A stretch of 64,000 bases of DNA from Felis catus (taxonomy: Eukaryota): NCBI RefSeq assembly GCF_018350175.1, contig NC_058368.1:64420001-64484000 (forward strand), given 5' to 3'. A program made the position numbers and the translations under genes. The notes under the pieces are model-generated. The model was not told the origin of the DNA and searched no databases. It saw only the letters and a program-made list of their open reading frames with translations. Positions 26,341 through 39,589 of this stretch are shown here, in pieces (within the stretch, counting starts at the first letter, position 1; every line of letters begins with the position of its first letter).

Positions 26341-28731
26341 TCACAGTGTAGAGTAAGCAACTGACAGTTTGCAGTCACTGAAATTTAATTTGGAAGCAGA
26401 TCACAATTTTATTTTTGAAAAGAGAGAAAATTTCATGGTTCAAGAAAATCGCACTCCATAATCCTCCCCGGGGGTTGAATTCGATTCCTTTAGATTTGGC
26501 CCTAATGAAAAAAACAAGATGATGAAGATATTTTATTTTTCTAAAACATTCATTAATTGAAAGTGCTTGCTTGACGCCAGACATTTCAATATATTATTTC
26601 TTTTCAAAAAACAGATAGTATATATCTGCACATATGTATCAGCATATATATGCAGAGATATGTATCTGCTATATAGCTTACACACACACACACACGTGCG
26701 CGCAGTATTATTTGTCGTGTCTTCTGTTTCCAATATTCATGTTTCTCTTGACTAATGTTATTGTTCTTCAAGGCAGGATGTCATAGTAGGCTTGTAATAT
26801 GTTAAGGTTGGGGAACAATCTTCTATTTATAGATATTTGCTTCATAGGCTTCAAATGAGAAGGCCATAGGTATTTGAGAAATCAATGACATTAAAATGTA
26901 AGTTTTTAAGGAGCCATTAAATGTTTTGTGTAATATTTATTTGCTGTATTTCATGGAAGTGGGAGACCTATTCAGAGCCTCATGCTTTATAACACTAGCT
27001 AGAATTCTGCCACCTTTATTTCAACATTTAGGAATGAATTAAATGGTATTATAACTATCCAATTAGCTAGCAGTGTGCACTTCAAAGTATTTTTAAGGAT
27101 ATTTGATCTCAGACACACAGGAAAATGTTGATTGGGTATACATAAAACCAGGAATTACACATTTGAGCTTGAGAATTGCCAAAGCTACTGCAAATGTGCT
27201 ATTTTTAAAATTAATTTTAGTAAACTCAGGAACTTGTTTTTACTGATCTGGACATTTCCAAGAGGTTTAAAGGACAGTTAAAGCAAGGTATTCTCATAAT
27301 TACAACAATCTTACTTAAAGCAAATAGGTAATTTGTAACTGGGTAGCTTATTTTTATTTTTACAGCTATGTTTTTACAACGAATGAAATGTATTTCTGAT
27401 GCTAAATGTGCACACATGTGTGAAATGTTGTTTTCTTTGTATTAGGCCATAAAAATAGAGTATTTATATCTATGAACAAAAATATATGAGGATGAATACA
27501 AGTATTTTATCATCTCTCTATATTTAACCAAAAATATATTCAAAATAAAAATTAAATGACAAAAATCAGAGAAAAATTAATAGTAACTTAATATTAATAT
27601 CGTTTAAGAGGTGAAATTTTGACTTATTAATTGTCACAATCAGAAAATATTTACACCTTACATATTTCCATAAGAAAATTGTATATAAATGATAATTATG
27701 TTGCTTACTTTCAGGGAAGCAGTAATGGTAAATAATGATGAAAATAGATGGAATTTGGGAAAGAAACCTTCCATTCAATGGCAGTGTTCATAATCCAAGC
27801 TAAAACTGAATGTTAAGGAAATAGATGTAATAATTTTTAATATACACACCGAGTTTTTAAAATATGACCAAATCTAAATTTTTAAATATTTGAAAATAGT
27901 TATAAAACTACATAGTTATGGCTCTATCAAAAACATAAAATATAGATCTTAGATTTTCAGGGGCTCTAAAAACTTTTTACATTAAAACATGTATCAACAT
28001 TTTAAACAGTGTAATTTTAATTGTTCTTTACTTTCAGAAAGGGCAGGATTTGAAATTAAGTGATGAAATATAAAATCAGTCACATGGCTGAACTAACAGT
28101 AAAAAACATTAGTGTGGCTTCTATGAAAGTCTAAATGTTTGACTTCTACTCCCTACATGTACAAAAACTCACTTTGATTTTACTGAGTAAAAATAATTAA
28201 AACAATTTTACTTCTTCTATTTCCTACTGTATAGCATTTAGTGTCATCAGATAGGTTCCTGGGTTGTAAAACATACAAATACCATCTAATGAACATCATT
28301 CTGTCAAGAAACACTAAAGCAATAAGGGTTATTTTCCTCTTGTTTGTGCTTTGCAGAATTACATTTATTTGCTCTAGTACTTAGTTTTTAAAAATCTGGA
28401 TTTTAAGAAAAGACATATTTTGGGAAATCTTTGGCAAAGTAATGGAGAAAATGAATTACTTACAAACTAGTTGCAAGAAAGTTTGGAGAAAAGTAAATAT
28501 GTCCATATTCTCAAAGAAGAGATTCAATAATGAAATACTTAGTTAAAAAACAAAAAAAGCACATTTCAGGCACCATTACTTTCCTTTGATTTCTTTCTCA
28601 ATAAAAACTTTCAAGGGCTTTACTTGGATATTTCACAAGAAATGTTATCATAGCAAGCATTTAAGGAGGATATAAATTTGGGCTCCAGTTCCATTTATAT
28701 GGGGCCTAAATTTTAAAGGCATATTGCTGAT

Positions 28732-28958
28732 GGGGTGCCTGGGTGGCTCACTCAGTTAAACGTCTGACTTTGGCTCAGGTCATGATCTTGCAGTTCATGA
28801 GTTCAAGCCCTACATCAGGCTCTGTGCTGACAGCTCAGAGCCTGGAGCCAGCTTCGAATTCTGTCTCCTCTCTCTGCCCCTTCCCTGCTTGCTCTCTTTG
28901 TCTCTCTGTGTCTCTCTGTCTCAAAAATAAACATTAAAATTTTTTTAAAAAATTTATG
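28732..28958 (+). mobile_element. CanSINE (SINEC_Fc-like)
   Basis: ggggtgcctgggtggctcactcagttaa head, tgacagctcagagcctggagcc, aataaa tail. Confidence 0.95.
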
Positions 28959-30758
28959 AAAGACATAGTTGCTTGTTTTTTTAATGCAGATTACAGAAGA
29001 AACATGGATTTTATTGTAAGATTAAAAGAAACTTTGTACTGATCAATTTAAAGTAATTCTATAAATATTTTAGGAACTTGTTTTAAAGCAAAGAAACATT
29101 TTTTTCAGATTTTATTCAAAAATCCTGTGATTGCATAATAAAGAATTGAGGTGCTGATTTAGTAAGTTCAAGTTTGGATGAAAATTAACTTTGAATGTTT
29201 ACAAATGTGACATATTTATCAAAGTAAATCCCCTGTTAAAATGATTTATCATTATTTAAATACTAAAGAAATTTTATTGTGTGAAACCAACAAAAGATTA
29301 TAAAAACTTAGAGCATAGAATTTTTTGAGGGGGAAAACTCTACAAACAAAAATGTGATGCGTAGCATCGCTAGAAGTTCTGATGTTTATAAAGGGGGAAG
29401 CAGAATGGGGTAGGTGGTTTCTGAGTGAGAACTCACTGTTATGCAGGACATAGCGTGTCCATAAATGGTCTTGCTATCACCCTACAATTTTCATTTTTAA
29501 TCTTGTTGATGAGTTTGGTATCTTGAATTCCCCATTCTGTAACATCTCCAATTATCTTATTTTCTGGAAACCTTCATGTCTTCTAATGGTTTTCTCCAAA
29601 TCAGACCTTGGACTTTCTTGCTCAACTGTGACCTCTATAGCTGCCTCTTTGGAGTGTGGTGTTCATTGCTCTGAGCTCTAATTTTCTACTTTCATTCTAT
29701 ACCCCTTGCCTAAGTATTTTCATCCATTTCTTGTCAATTATTAGTTCCTATCAATTGTTTATTAGGAAACCCTTTCTCCTTGGCGGTATTGCAATGGTCT
29801 TCTAACTAGTTTATGTGTACCTGCTCCTGGTGGATGTTGTTCACAGTGATGCCACTTTATGCTTCCAACATATGGATATTTTCATGTCAGTTTCCTACTG
29901 AAAACACTTCCATTATTTCTTATTGCTTTTAAGTTAATGTTCTAAGTCTTAACAAATGCAGAAGCATTCCACCACTTTCTTTTACTCCAGTCTTAGGTAT
30001 TCAAACTTTTCTTCAGGGGCTTTATTTAAACCCATCAGAATTTTATCATATGGCTTTATACGCATTTCCATGTACTTCACTTTCATATATTACAACACGA
30101 TTTAGACCATATTTTGTCTATCTAGGGCACAATGTTTATGTATTTGACATTTTAATTAAAAACTTAAATAGATAACATATCAAAGAGTACCATGGTGAGA
30201 TGCGCAGTTCACAAAAACCATTGTTTTTCTCTTTTATTTATCAAGAGACCAACATTTGTCTTACTTGTTCATAATGAGATGGGTCTGGAGGTGTCCTTCT
30301 CTTATGCTATCAAAGTACCCAGTGTAGCAACACCACTTAGACACTTACTGCAAAATGATATTTCACCAGCATGTAGATCAATATGTCTGTGCCTACATCC
30401 CAGGAGCCAGGGAGAGCAGGAAATTGCTAATTACCGAGGAGAGTTTGGAGACTAAGTGAAGTTCAAATTGCCCTATATTATAAGATGAGTACAATGCTTT
30501 CTGTTTGATTTTGTGGTTCTGCTAATATTCTTGTCCTTAAACTACCCCTTTTATTTTTTCTTTCCTCTGAAATCATGGTATATTACTGTCTGATTTTTCT
30601 TTTACTGTATTTCATTTTATGAGTTCTCAAATTCTACTTTTGACAAACTAGGCTGACTTTTGATATAACAGACATGTATTGAAACACAATAATAGGATTG
30701 TCTTGATTTATATTGATGCTTTCCATTTTTAAAATGAACCTATCTTAGCATAATTTTT

Positions 30759-30958
30759 TGAATGTTTATTTATTTTAGAGACAGACGGAGACAGAGTGCG
30801 AGTAGGGGCAGAGAGAGAGGGAGGCACAGAATCTGAAACAGGCTCCAGGCTCTGAGCTGTCAGCACAGAGCCCGATGCGGGGCTTGAACCCACAAACCAT
30901 GAGATCATGACCTGAGCCGAAGTCGGACGCTCAGCCAACTGAGCCACCCAGGTGCCCC
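30759..30958 (-). mobile_element. CanSINE (SINEC_Fc-like)
   Basis: Near-consensus; flanking duplication cctatcttagcataattttt at 30739-30758 and 30957-30976. Confidence 0.97.
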
Positions 30959-31309
30959 TATCTTAGCATAATTTTTATAAAATTAACATTTCAGTAGCTT
31001 CTTCCTAACATTGACCACATTTCAATCAAACATTGGTAGTGGTTGTAAAATCAGTTTCAGAATTTAAACTAAGCAATATAACATTCATCATTAAATTATC
31101 TAAATGAAACATGTCAGAGTTTTATATTCAGCTAAAACTTATTCTATATAAAATCAATACATTTGATTTGTTTCCATATAAGTTTATTGAACATGCATTA
31201 TTATCCATTTCTGTTTTTGCTAATCTATCCTCTAGTCTTATCCCCCACTTTGCAAAAGTTTGTGTTATGCCCATTCATTTTTATGAAAGATCTCCATTAG
31301 TATAACAGC

Positions 31310-31507
31310 TTTTTTTTTAGTCTATTTATTTATTTTGAGAGAGAAAGTGTGAGTAGGGGAGGAGCAGAGAAAGAGGGAGAGAGAGGGAATCCCAAGCAGG
31401 CTCCATGCTATCCCGGAACCCAATGTGGGGGGCTCGACCTCATGAACTGGGAGATCATGACCTGAGTTGAAATCAAGTCAGATGCTTAATGGACTGAGCC
31501 ACCCAGA
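31310..31507 (-). mobile_element. CanSINE
   Basis: gagatcatgacctgagttgaaatcaag core, gggaatcccaagcaggctcc. Confidence 0.93.
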
Positions 31508-31567
31508 CTTTTATCTCTAGAGATTAAATCCTCTTGGGATTTCTGATTAGTGAAACAGGTAATACTG

Positions 31568-31693
31568 CAGGTGTTTCCTAAAAGCAAAGTGGCATGATGT
31601 GAACTTCTTGGGAAAATGTATCTTTTCACTTTACACCATTTTAGCTTATGAAAGTTTTCACGACACTCTGCTTTTGAATGGGGAAACTTGTAT
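31568..31693. mobile_element. Possible Tigger-like MITE remnant
   Basis: Imperfect terminal inverted repeats caggtgtttcc ... ggggaaacttg-ta. Confidence 0.3.
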
Positions 31694-31982
31694 TAGGAGA
31701 GTAGTTGAAGCTAACAGTGACCAGTCCAATGTTGAAAAGGTAAGAAATTGCATTCAAAAGATAAGGATGAATAAGTCTGAACATGATCAAATAGGTATAA
31801 TATTTATATAGCAAATAATGAAAATAATTTTTAAAAGAGAGCTCTATTTCTCTAAGAAAATATACTTCATACAGTAATAATGCCATTAACCCATAATTCT
31901 TTAGATATCACTTAATTTTCAAAAATGTCACCTAAATCATATTCCTGGAGCCTATTTACATTAACAATATATTATTAACATA

Positions 31983-32112
31983 GGGACGCCTGGCTGGATC
32001 AGTTGGTTAAGCATCTGATTCTTGGTTTCGGCTCAGGTCATGGTCTCATTGTTACATGAGTTTGAGCCCTGTATCAGGCTCTGTGCTGATGGTACAGAGC
32101 CTGCTTAGGATT

Positions 32113-32165
<53 letters not shown>

Positions 32166-32220
32166 CCTTCCCCACTTGCACTGTCTGTCTCTCTCAAAAT
32201 AAATAAACTTTAAAAAAATT
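31983..32220 (+). mobile_element. CanSINE with long (CT)n
   Basis: gggacgcctggctggatcagttggttaag head, (CT) about 22 units, aataaa tail. Confidence 0.95.
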
Positions 32221-32230
32221 ATTAAAATCA

Positions 32231-32460
32231 GGGCCCCTGGGCGGCTCAGTCGGTTAAGTGTCCGACATCGGCTCAGGTCATGATTTCACGGTTTGTGAGT
32301 TTGAGCCCCACATCAGGCTCTGTCCTGACAGCTCAGAGCCTGGAGCCTGCTTCTCCTGAGACAGAACCTGCATCTCCTCCACTTGTGCTCTGTCTCTCTC
32401 TCTGCTCTCTCTGTCTGTCTCTCTAAAAAATAAATAAAATGTAAAAATATTTTTTAGATA
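32231..32460 (+). mobile_element. CanSINE (SINEC_Fc-like) inserted in the tail of the previous SINE
   Basis: TSD attaaaatca at 32221-32230 and 32461-32470. Confidence 0.93.
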
Positions 32461-32591
32461 ATTAAAATCAAAACAATATATTAACACAAAACTATTATAA
32501 TTGGAAATTCAGTGTGGGTTCCTAAAATATTCTCAAGATTACTGTACTTTGGTTCATTTCTTTTAAGTTAGTGACCTCTTACCTCTGCTGG

Positions 32592-32947
32592 TTTTTTTTT
32601 TTTTAGACATTAATTGACATAACATATTAGTTTCAGGTGTGTAACATGATTTTACATATGTATATATTGCAAAATGATCAAAATATATTCATTCCAAATC
32701 CATTACCACACACATTTATCAATTTTTCATTTTTTGTGATAAAAACTTTTCAGATCTACTCTCTTAGCAACTTTCACATATAGAATACAGTATTGTTAAC
32801 TAAGTCACCATGCTGTATGTTACATCCCCATGACTTATTTTATAACCAGGAGTTTGTAGTTTTGACCCCTTTCATATATTTGTGTACTTTCCAACCCCTA
32901 CCTCTGGCAACCAGCAACCAATTTGTTTTCTGTATCTATGAGTTAGG

Positions 32948-32991
<44 letters not shown>

Positions 32992-33139
32992 TCGTATGGT
33001 ATTTGTCTTTCCCTGTCTGACATATTCCACTTAGCGTAATGCCCTCAAGGTTTATCCATGTTGTCACAAATGGCAAGATTTCCTTTTTAATGCCTGAATA
33101 ATATTTTGTATATGTATGACATGTACGTATATATGTATA

Positions 33140-33188
<49 letters not shown>

Positions 33189-34575
33189 TACATACACACA
33201 CATATTTCCTTTATCCCTAAATTCATTTGCTGACAGACATTTAGGTTTCTTCCATGTCTTATGATAGTCGATAGTGCTGTGGTGAACGTGGGGGTGCATA
33301 TAGTTTTTCGAACCAGTGTTTTCATTTCCTTCAGATAAATACTCAGAAGCAGAATTTATGGATCATATGATAGTTCTATTTTTAATTTTTTGAGCTACGT
33401 CCATACAGTTTTCCATAGTAGCTATGCCAGTTTACGCTCCCATTAACAGTGGACAAGGGTTCTCTTTTCTCCACATCTTCACCAAAACTTCTTGTCTTTT
33501 TGATAATAGCCTTTCTAACAGGTGTGAGATGATATCTCGTTGTGGTTTGATTTGCATTTCCCTGATGATTAGTGATGTTGAGTACCTTTACATGTGCCTC
33601 TTGGTCATCTGTATGTTGGTTTTGGGAGAATCGCTGTTCAACTTCTTTGTCCATTTTTAAATTGGACTCTTAATTCTTTTGATACTGAGTTGTAGAAGGT
33701 CTTTATATGCTTTGGATATTAACCCCTTATTAGATATGTGGTTTGCAAATATTTTCTCTTGTTCTGTAGATTGCCTTTTCATTTTGTTGATGGTTTCTTT
33801 TGCTGTGTGGAGGCTTTTTAGTTTGACATATTTTCACTAGTTTATTTTTGCTTTCGGTATCACATACAAGAAAATCATCACCATGACCAAGGTCAAGGAA
33901 ATTATCCCCTAAGTCCTCTTCTAGGATTTGTGTGGCTGTAGGTCTTCTGTTCAAGTCCTTAGGCCATTTCAAGTTGATTTTTGTGTATGGTATAAAATAG
34001 TGGTATTGTCTCATTCTGTTGCATATGGCTGTCCAGTTTTGCCAGCATTGTTTATTGAAGACACTGCATTTCCTCCATGATATAACTTGTATACTTTGCC
34101 ATAAATTAATTCTGCATATACCTGTAGGTTTATTTCTAGGCTCTCCATTTCATTGATCTGTGTCTGCTTTGATGCCAACACCATAATTTTTAAATTACTG
34201 TATGTTTGTAATGTAGTTTGAAGTCAGAAGGCATGATGTTTCCAGCTTTGTTCTTCTTCAGATTGCTTTGGATTTGTGGAATCTTTTGTGGTAACACACA
34301 GTATTTAGGATCACTTGTTCTTTTTCCATTTAAAATGCAGTGGGAATTTTGATAGGAGTTGCATGAAATCTATAGATTGTTTTCGGTAATGTGCACATTT
34401 AAGCAATATTCTGTCAATTCATTAGCATAGGATACCATTCCATTTACTTGTGTCTTCCATTTCTTTCATCAGTGTCTGATGCTGTTTAGTTGACATGTCT
34501 TTCATCTCCTTGGTTAAATTTGGTCTGAGGTATTCTGTTCTTTTTGATGCAATTTTGAGTGGGATTTTCTTAATT
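32592..34575 (-). mobile_element. 5'-truncated older L1 (L1MA9/L1_Carn-like), ORF2 3' part plus 3'UTR, degraded
   Basis: Poly-T at 32593; minus ORFs give [49 protein letters not shown]. Confidence 0.92.
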
Positions 34576-34967
34576 TCTCTTTTTGATAATTCTTTAAGAA
34601 CCTAGCAAAACAGACATATGTCTATCCATCTGACGAAGAAAAGACAAAAATTAATAGTGGTAAAAGTGAAAAGATGGATACTAGCTATGTGAAAAGAAGA
34701 TTTTGATGATAGCATGAGAAGAATACCAACTACATAGCAGCATTTTTAAAATAAGTAATTTACCAGAACTGATGTGTGCTTACTCTCTTAATGAGTATCT
34801 TTCACACATTAGAGCAAAGATATTAAAATTTGAAACATTAGAAGACATAGCTTTAAAAGCAAGAATAAGGTAATTAAGCCCATATCACCATTTATATTCA
34901 GTATCATTTTGGGGGTTCTATCCTAGGCAAAGAGAGAAAAAAGATAATTAGAAGATAAAGACTATAA

Positions 34968-35174
34968 GGGAACCTGGATGGCTCAGACAGTTGAGCGTCT
35001 GACTCTTGATTTCAGCTCAGGTCATGATCTCACAGTTCGTGAATTTTAGCCCTGCCTCTGGCTCTGCACTGACAGTGCAGAGCCTGCTTGGAATTCTCTC
35101 TCTCTCCATCTCTCTGCCCCTCCCCAGCTCATGCTCTTTCTCTCTCAAAATAAATAAACAACAACAACAAAAAA
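34968..35174 (+). mobile_element. CanSINE
   Basis: Head cctggatggctcagacagttgagcgtctgac; flanking gaagataaagact on both sides. Confidence 0.95.
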
Positions 35175-35659
35175 AGAAGATAAAGACTGTCAATTAGGAA
35201 TAAAATCATTTTTTCCTATGATATGATCATATATAGAGAAACCTAAAATAATCCACCTGCAAATTATTTGGTATAATGGAAGAATTTGACAGGTCGTAGA
35301 TAAATATTGATATATAAAAAAAATAATTAGCATGGAAAAGTCCATTGCATTTCTATAAAAGGCAGCAAACTGGAAAGTTGAAAGACTAAACATCATTTCT
35401 TTTCTTTTCTTTTCTTTTCTTTTCTTTTTTTAATATATGAAATTTATTGTCAAATTGGTTTCCATACAACACCCAGTGCTCATCCCAAAAGGTGCCCTCC
35501 TCAATACCCATCACCCACCCTCTCCTCCCTCCCACCCCCCATCAACCCTCAGTTTGTTCTCAGTTTTTAACAGTCTCTTATGCTTTGGCTCTCTCCCACT
35601 CTAACCTCTTTTTTTTTTTTTTTTTCCTTCCCCTCCCCCATGGGTTTCTGTTAAGTTTC

Positions 35660-38292
35660 TCAGGATCCACATAAGAGTGAAACCATATGGTATCTGTCTT
35701 TCTCTGTATGGCTTATTTCACTTAGCATCACACTCTCCAGTTCCATCCACGTTGCTACAAAAGGCCATATTTCATTTTTTCTCATTGCCACATAGTATTC
35801 CATTGTGTATATAAACCACAATTTCTTTATCCATTCATCAGTTGATGGACATTTAGGCTCTTTCCATAATTTGGCTATTGTTGAGACTGCTGCTATAAAC
35901 ACTGGGGTACAAGTGGCCCTATGCATCAGTACTCCTGTATCCCTTGGATAAATTCCTAGCAGTGCTATTGCTGGGTCATAGGGTAGGTCTATTTTTAATT
36001 CTCTGAGGAACCTCCACACTGCTTTCCAGAGCGGCTGCACCAATTTGCATTCCCACCAACAGTGCAAGAGGGTTCCCGTTTCTCCACATCCTCTCCAGCA
36101 TCTAGAGTCTCCTGATTTGTTCATTTTGGCCACTCTGACTGGCGTGAGGTGATACCTGAGTGTGGTTTTGATTTGTATTTCCCTGATGAGGAGTGACGTT
36201 GAACATGTGCCTGTTGGCCATCCGGATGTCTTCTTTAGAGAAGTGTCTATTCATGTTTTCTGCCCGTTTCTTCACTGGGTTATTTGTTTTTCGGGTGTGG
36301 AGTTTGGTGAGCTCTTTATAGATTTTGGATACTAGCCCGTTGTCCGATATGTCATTTGCAAATATCTTTTCCCATTCCGTTGTTTGCCTTTTAGTTTTGT
36401 TGGTTGTTTCCTTTGCTGTGCAGAAGCTTTTTATCTTCATAAGGTCCCAGTAATTCACTTTTGCTTTTAATTCCCTTGCCTTTGGGGATGTGTCAAGTAA
36501 GAGAATGCTATGGCTGAGGTCAGAGAGGTCTTTTCCTGCTTTCTCCTCTGGTGTTTTGATGGTTTCCTGTCTCACATTTAGGTCCTTTATCCATTTTGAG
36601 TTTATTTTTGTGAATGGTGTGAGAAAGTGGTCTAGTTTCAACCTTCTGCATGTTGCTGTCCAGTTCTCCCAGCACCATTTGTTAAAGAGACTGTCTTTTT
36701 TCCATTGGATGTTCTTTCCTACTTTGTCAAAGATGAGTTGGCCATACGTTTGTGGGTCTAGTTCTGGGGTTTCTATTCTTTTTTTTTTTTAATTTTTTTT
36801 TCAATGTTTATTTATTTTTGGGACAGAGAGAGACAGAGCATGAACAGGGGAGGGGCAGAGAGAGAGGGAGACACAAAATTGGAAACAGGCTCCAGGCTCT
36901 GAGCCATCAGCCCAGAGCCTGACGCGGGGCTAAAACTCACGGACCGCGAGATCGTGACCTGGCTGAAGTTGGACGCTTAACCGACTGCACCACCCAGGCG
37001 CCCCCTGGGGTTTCTATTCTATTCCATTGGTCTATGTGTCTGTTTTTGTGCCAATACCATGCTGTCTTGATGATGACAGCTTTGTAGTAGAGGCTAAAGT
37101 CTGGGATTGTGATGCCTCCTTCTTTGGTCTTCTTCTTCAAAATTCCTTTGGCTATTCGGGGCCTTTTGTGGTTCCATATGAATTTTAGGATTGCTTGTTC
37201 TAGTTTCGAGAAGAATGCTGGTGCAATTTTGATTGGGATTGCATTGAATGTGTAGATAGCTTTGGGTAGTATTGACATTTTGACAATATTTATTTTTCCA
37301 ATCCATGAGCAGGGAATGTCTTTCCATTTCTTTAAATCTTCTTCAGTTTTCTTCATAAGCTTTCTATAGTTTTCAGCATACAGATCCTTTACATCTTTGG
37401 TTAGATTTATTCCTAGGTATTTTATGCTTCTTGGTGCAATTGTGAATGGGATCAGTTTCTTTATTTGTCTTTCTGTTGCTTCATTGTTAGTGTATAAGAA
37501 TGCAACTGATTTCTGTACATTGATTTTGTATCCTGCAACTTTGCTGAATTGCTGTATCAGTTCTAGCAGACTTTTGGTGGAGTCTATCGGGTTTTCCATG
37601 TATAATATCATGTCATCTGCAAAAAGCGAAAGCTTGACTTCATCTTTGCCAATTTTGATGCCTTTGATTTCCTTTTGTTGTCTGACTGCTGATGCTAGAA
37701 CTTCCAGCACTATGTTAAACAACCGCAGTGAGAGTGGGCATCCCTGTCGTGTTCCTGATCTCAGGGAAAAAGCTCTCAGTTTTTCCCTGTTGAGGATGAT
37801 GTTAGCTGTGGGCTTTTCATAAATGGCTTTTATGATCTTTAAGTATGTTCCTTCTATCCCGACTTTCTCAAGGGTTTTTATTAAGAAAGGGTGCTGGATT
37901 TTGTCAAAGGCCTTTTCTGCATCGATTTACAGGATCATATGGTTCTTCTCTTTTTTTTTTTTTTTTGTTAATGTGATGTATCACGTTGATTGATTTGTGA
38001 ATATTGAACCAGCCCTGCATCCCAGGAATGAATCCCACTTGGTCATGGTGAATAATTCCTTTTATATGCCGTTGAATTCGATTTGCTAGTATCTTGTTGA
38101 GAATTTTTGCATCCATATTCATCAGGGATATTGGCCTGTAGTTCTCTTTTTTTACTGGATCTCTGTCTGGTTTAGGAATCAAAGTAACACTGGCTTCATA
38201 GAATGAGTCTGGAAGTTTTCCTTCCCCTTCTATTTCTTGGAATAGCTTGAGAAGGATAGGTATTATCTCTGCTTTAAACGTCTGGTAGAACT
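35660..38292 (-). pseudogene. L1 ORF2 fragment (RT and C-terminal region), disrupted
   Basis: ORF pieces 37904-38182, 36937-37722, 36102-36641 and 35660-36133; broken by the SINE, an 8-bp deletion near 36205 and a long T-run at 37951. Confidence 0.92.
36780..37004 (-). mobile_element. Young CanSINE (SINEC_Fc) nested in L1 ORF2
   Basis: Perfect 16-bp TSD ctggggtttctattct at 36764-36779 and 37005-37020; the other L1 copy has a single copy of this site near 51903. Confidence 0.98.
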
Positions 38293-38889
38293 CTAAACAT
38301 CATTTAAAATTGTACAAGATAATGTCAAGTATTTAAGAATAAAGGTAAATGTAAATGCAACGTAAAAATACACAGAGAAACCTATACAAATTAGAGAAGA
38401 ACTAAGTTAATTGAGATCTGTCCCATTCACGGACAGGGAAACAATAGTGTGAAGTGTTAAATCTCTCTAAATTGATCAGTGTTATTCCAATCAAAATCGT
38501 CCAGAATTGCTTATGAAATTCAATAATGCGTTTTGAATTTTATATTGACACGTAAAGAACAAAGAATACATAGAAATCAGGAGTGCAACAAGAAGATATT
38601 TGCGAAGTAAATAAGACTCACTGTAAACCAAGGTCATTAAGCTAGTGTGTCACAAGTGCAGAGACAGATTGATGAGAAGTCAATGCATTACTGTGTGGGG
38701 TTTCATTGTATGAAAAAATTGGCCTGTCATTTCAGTGGAATATGGAAGGATGAGATCACGCATGAACCTGGAAAATAATTACACAAATGGGAAAAAAGGT
38801 ACCCCTACCTCATAAAATATATTGAAATGTAATCCAATTAAAATTATGTATAAAAATGATTCTAAAACTGTAGATTAAAAATATAGATA

Positions 38890-39029
38890 GGGTTGTCTGG
38901 GTGACTCAGTTGGTTAAGTGACAGACTCTTGGTTCCAGCTCAGGTCATGATCTCACGGTTCCTGAGATGCTTCCGAGCACTGCCATGCTGACCACGTGGA
39001 GCCTGCTTGGGATTCTCTTTCTCTCATGT

Positions 39030-39077
<48 letters not shown>

Positions 39078-39139
39078 CCTCCCAGCTTGTGCTCTCTCTC
39101 AAAAGAAATAAACAAATATTTTAAAAAATTAAAAAAAAA
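38890..39139 (+). mobile_element. CanSINE with long (CT)n
   Basis: Head gtctgggtgactcagttggttaag; tatagata on both flanks. Confidence 0.93.
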
Positions 39140-39372
39140 CTATAGATAAACCTGTATATTGACAGTGAAATGTATCTTAATTCATATTTGTTTCATAATT
39201 CATATTTGTTTCTTAATTGACTACAACAGAAAAAATTACATTTAGTCATGCTAAAATGAGATCACAAATTCTTAAAAAACTACCCTAAGCTAGCAAAGTG
39301 AGGGATTACAAACTGTATGAGGTGATTGTACCTAACCACAATATATTAGTATCAAGAGTACATAAAGAGCTC

Positions 39373-39589
39373 TTTTTTTTTTAATTTTTAAAAATGTTTA
39401 TTTATTTTTGAGAGAGAGAGACACTGTGAGTGCAGAAGGGACAGAGAGAGAGGGAGACAAAGAATCTGAAGAAGGCTCCAGGTTCTGAGCTATCAGCACA
39501 CAGCCTGAGGTGGGGCTCACCCACCAACTGCAAGATCATGACCTGAGATGAAGTTGGACGTTTAACTGACTGAGCCACCCAGGCACCCC
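39373..39589 (-). mobile_element. CanSINE (SINEC_Fc-like)
   Basis: gactgagccacccaggcacccc head, T-rich tail. Confidence 0.95.

Larger units (their letters stand above)
35399..38292 (-). mobile_element. Young feline-type L1, 5'-truncated (about 2.65 kb excluding the nested SINE)
   Basis: ORF2 RT peptides ([46 protein letters not shown]); TSD ctaaacatcattt at 35386-35398 and 38293-38305; (GAAAA)n-patterned tail. Confidence 0.98.

Noticed and set aside
32592..35385. Minus L1 abutting a plus L1 as a second twin-priming inversion
   Set aside because: The plus-strand L1 is far more diverged and continues to its own 3' region near 40.2 kb, so these are separate elements. No shared TSD was found.
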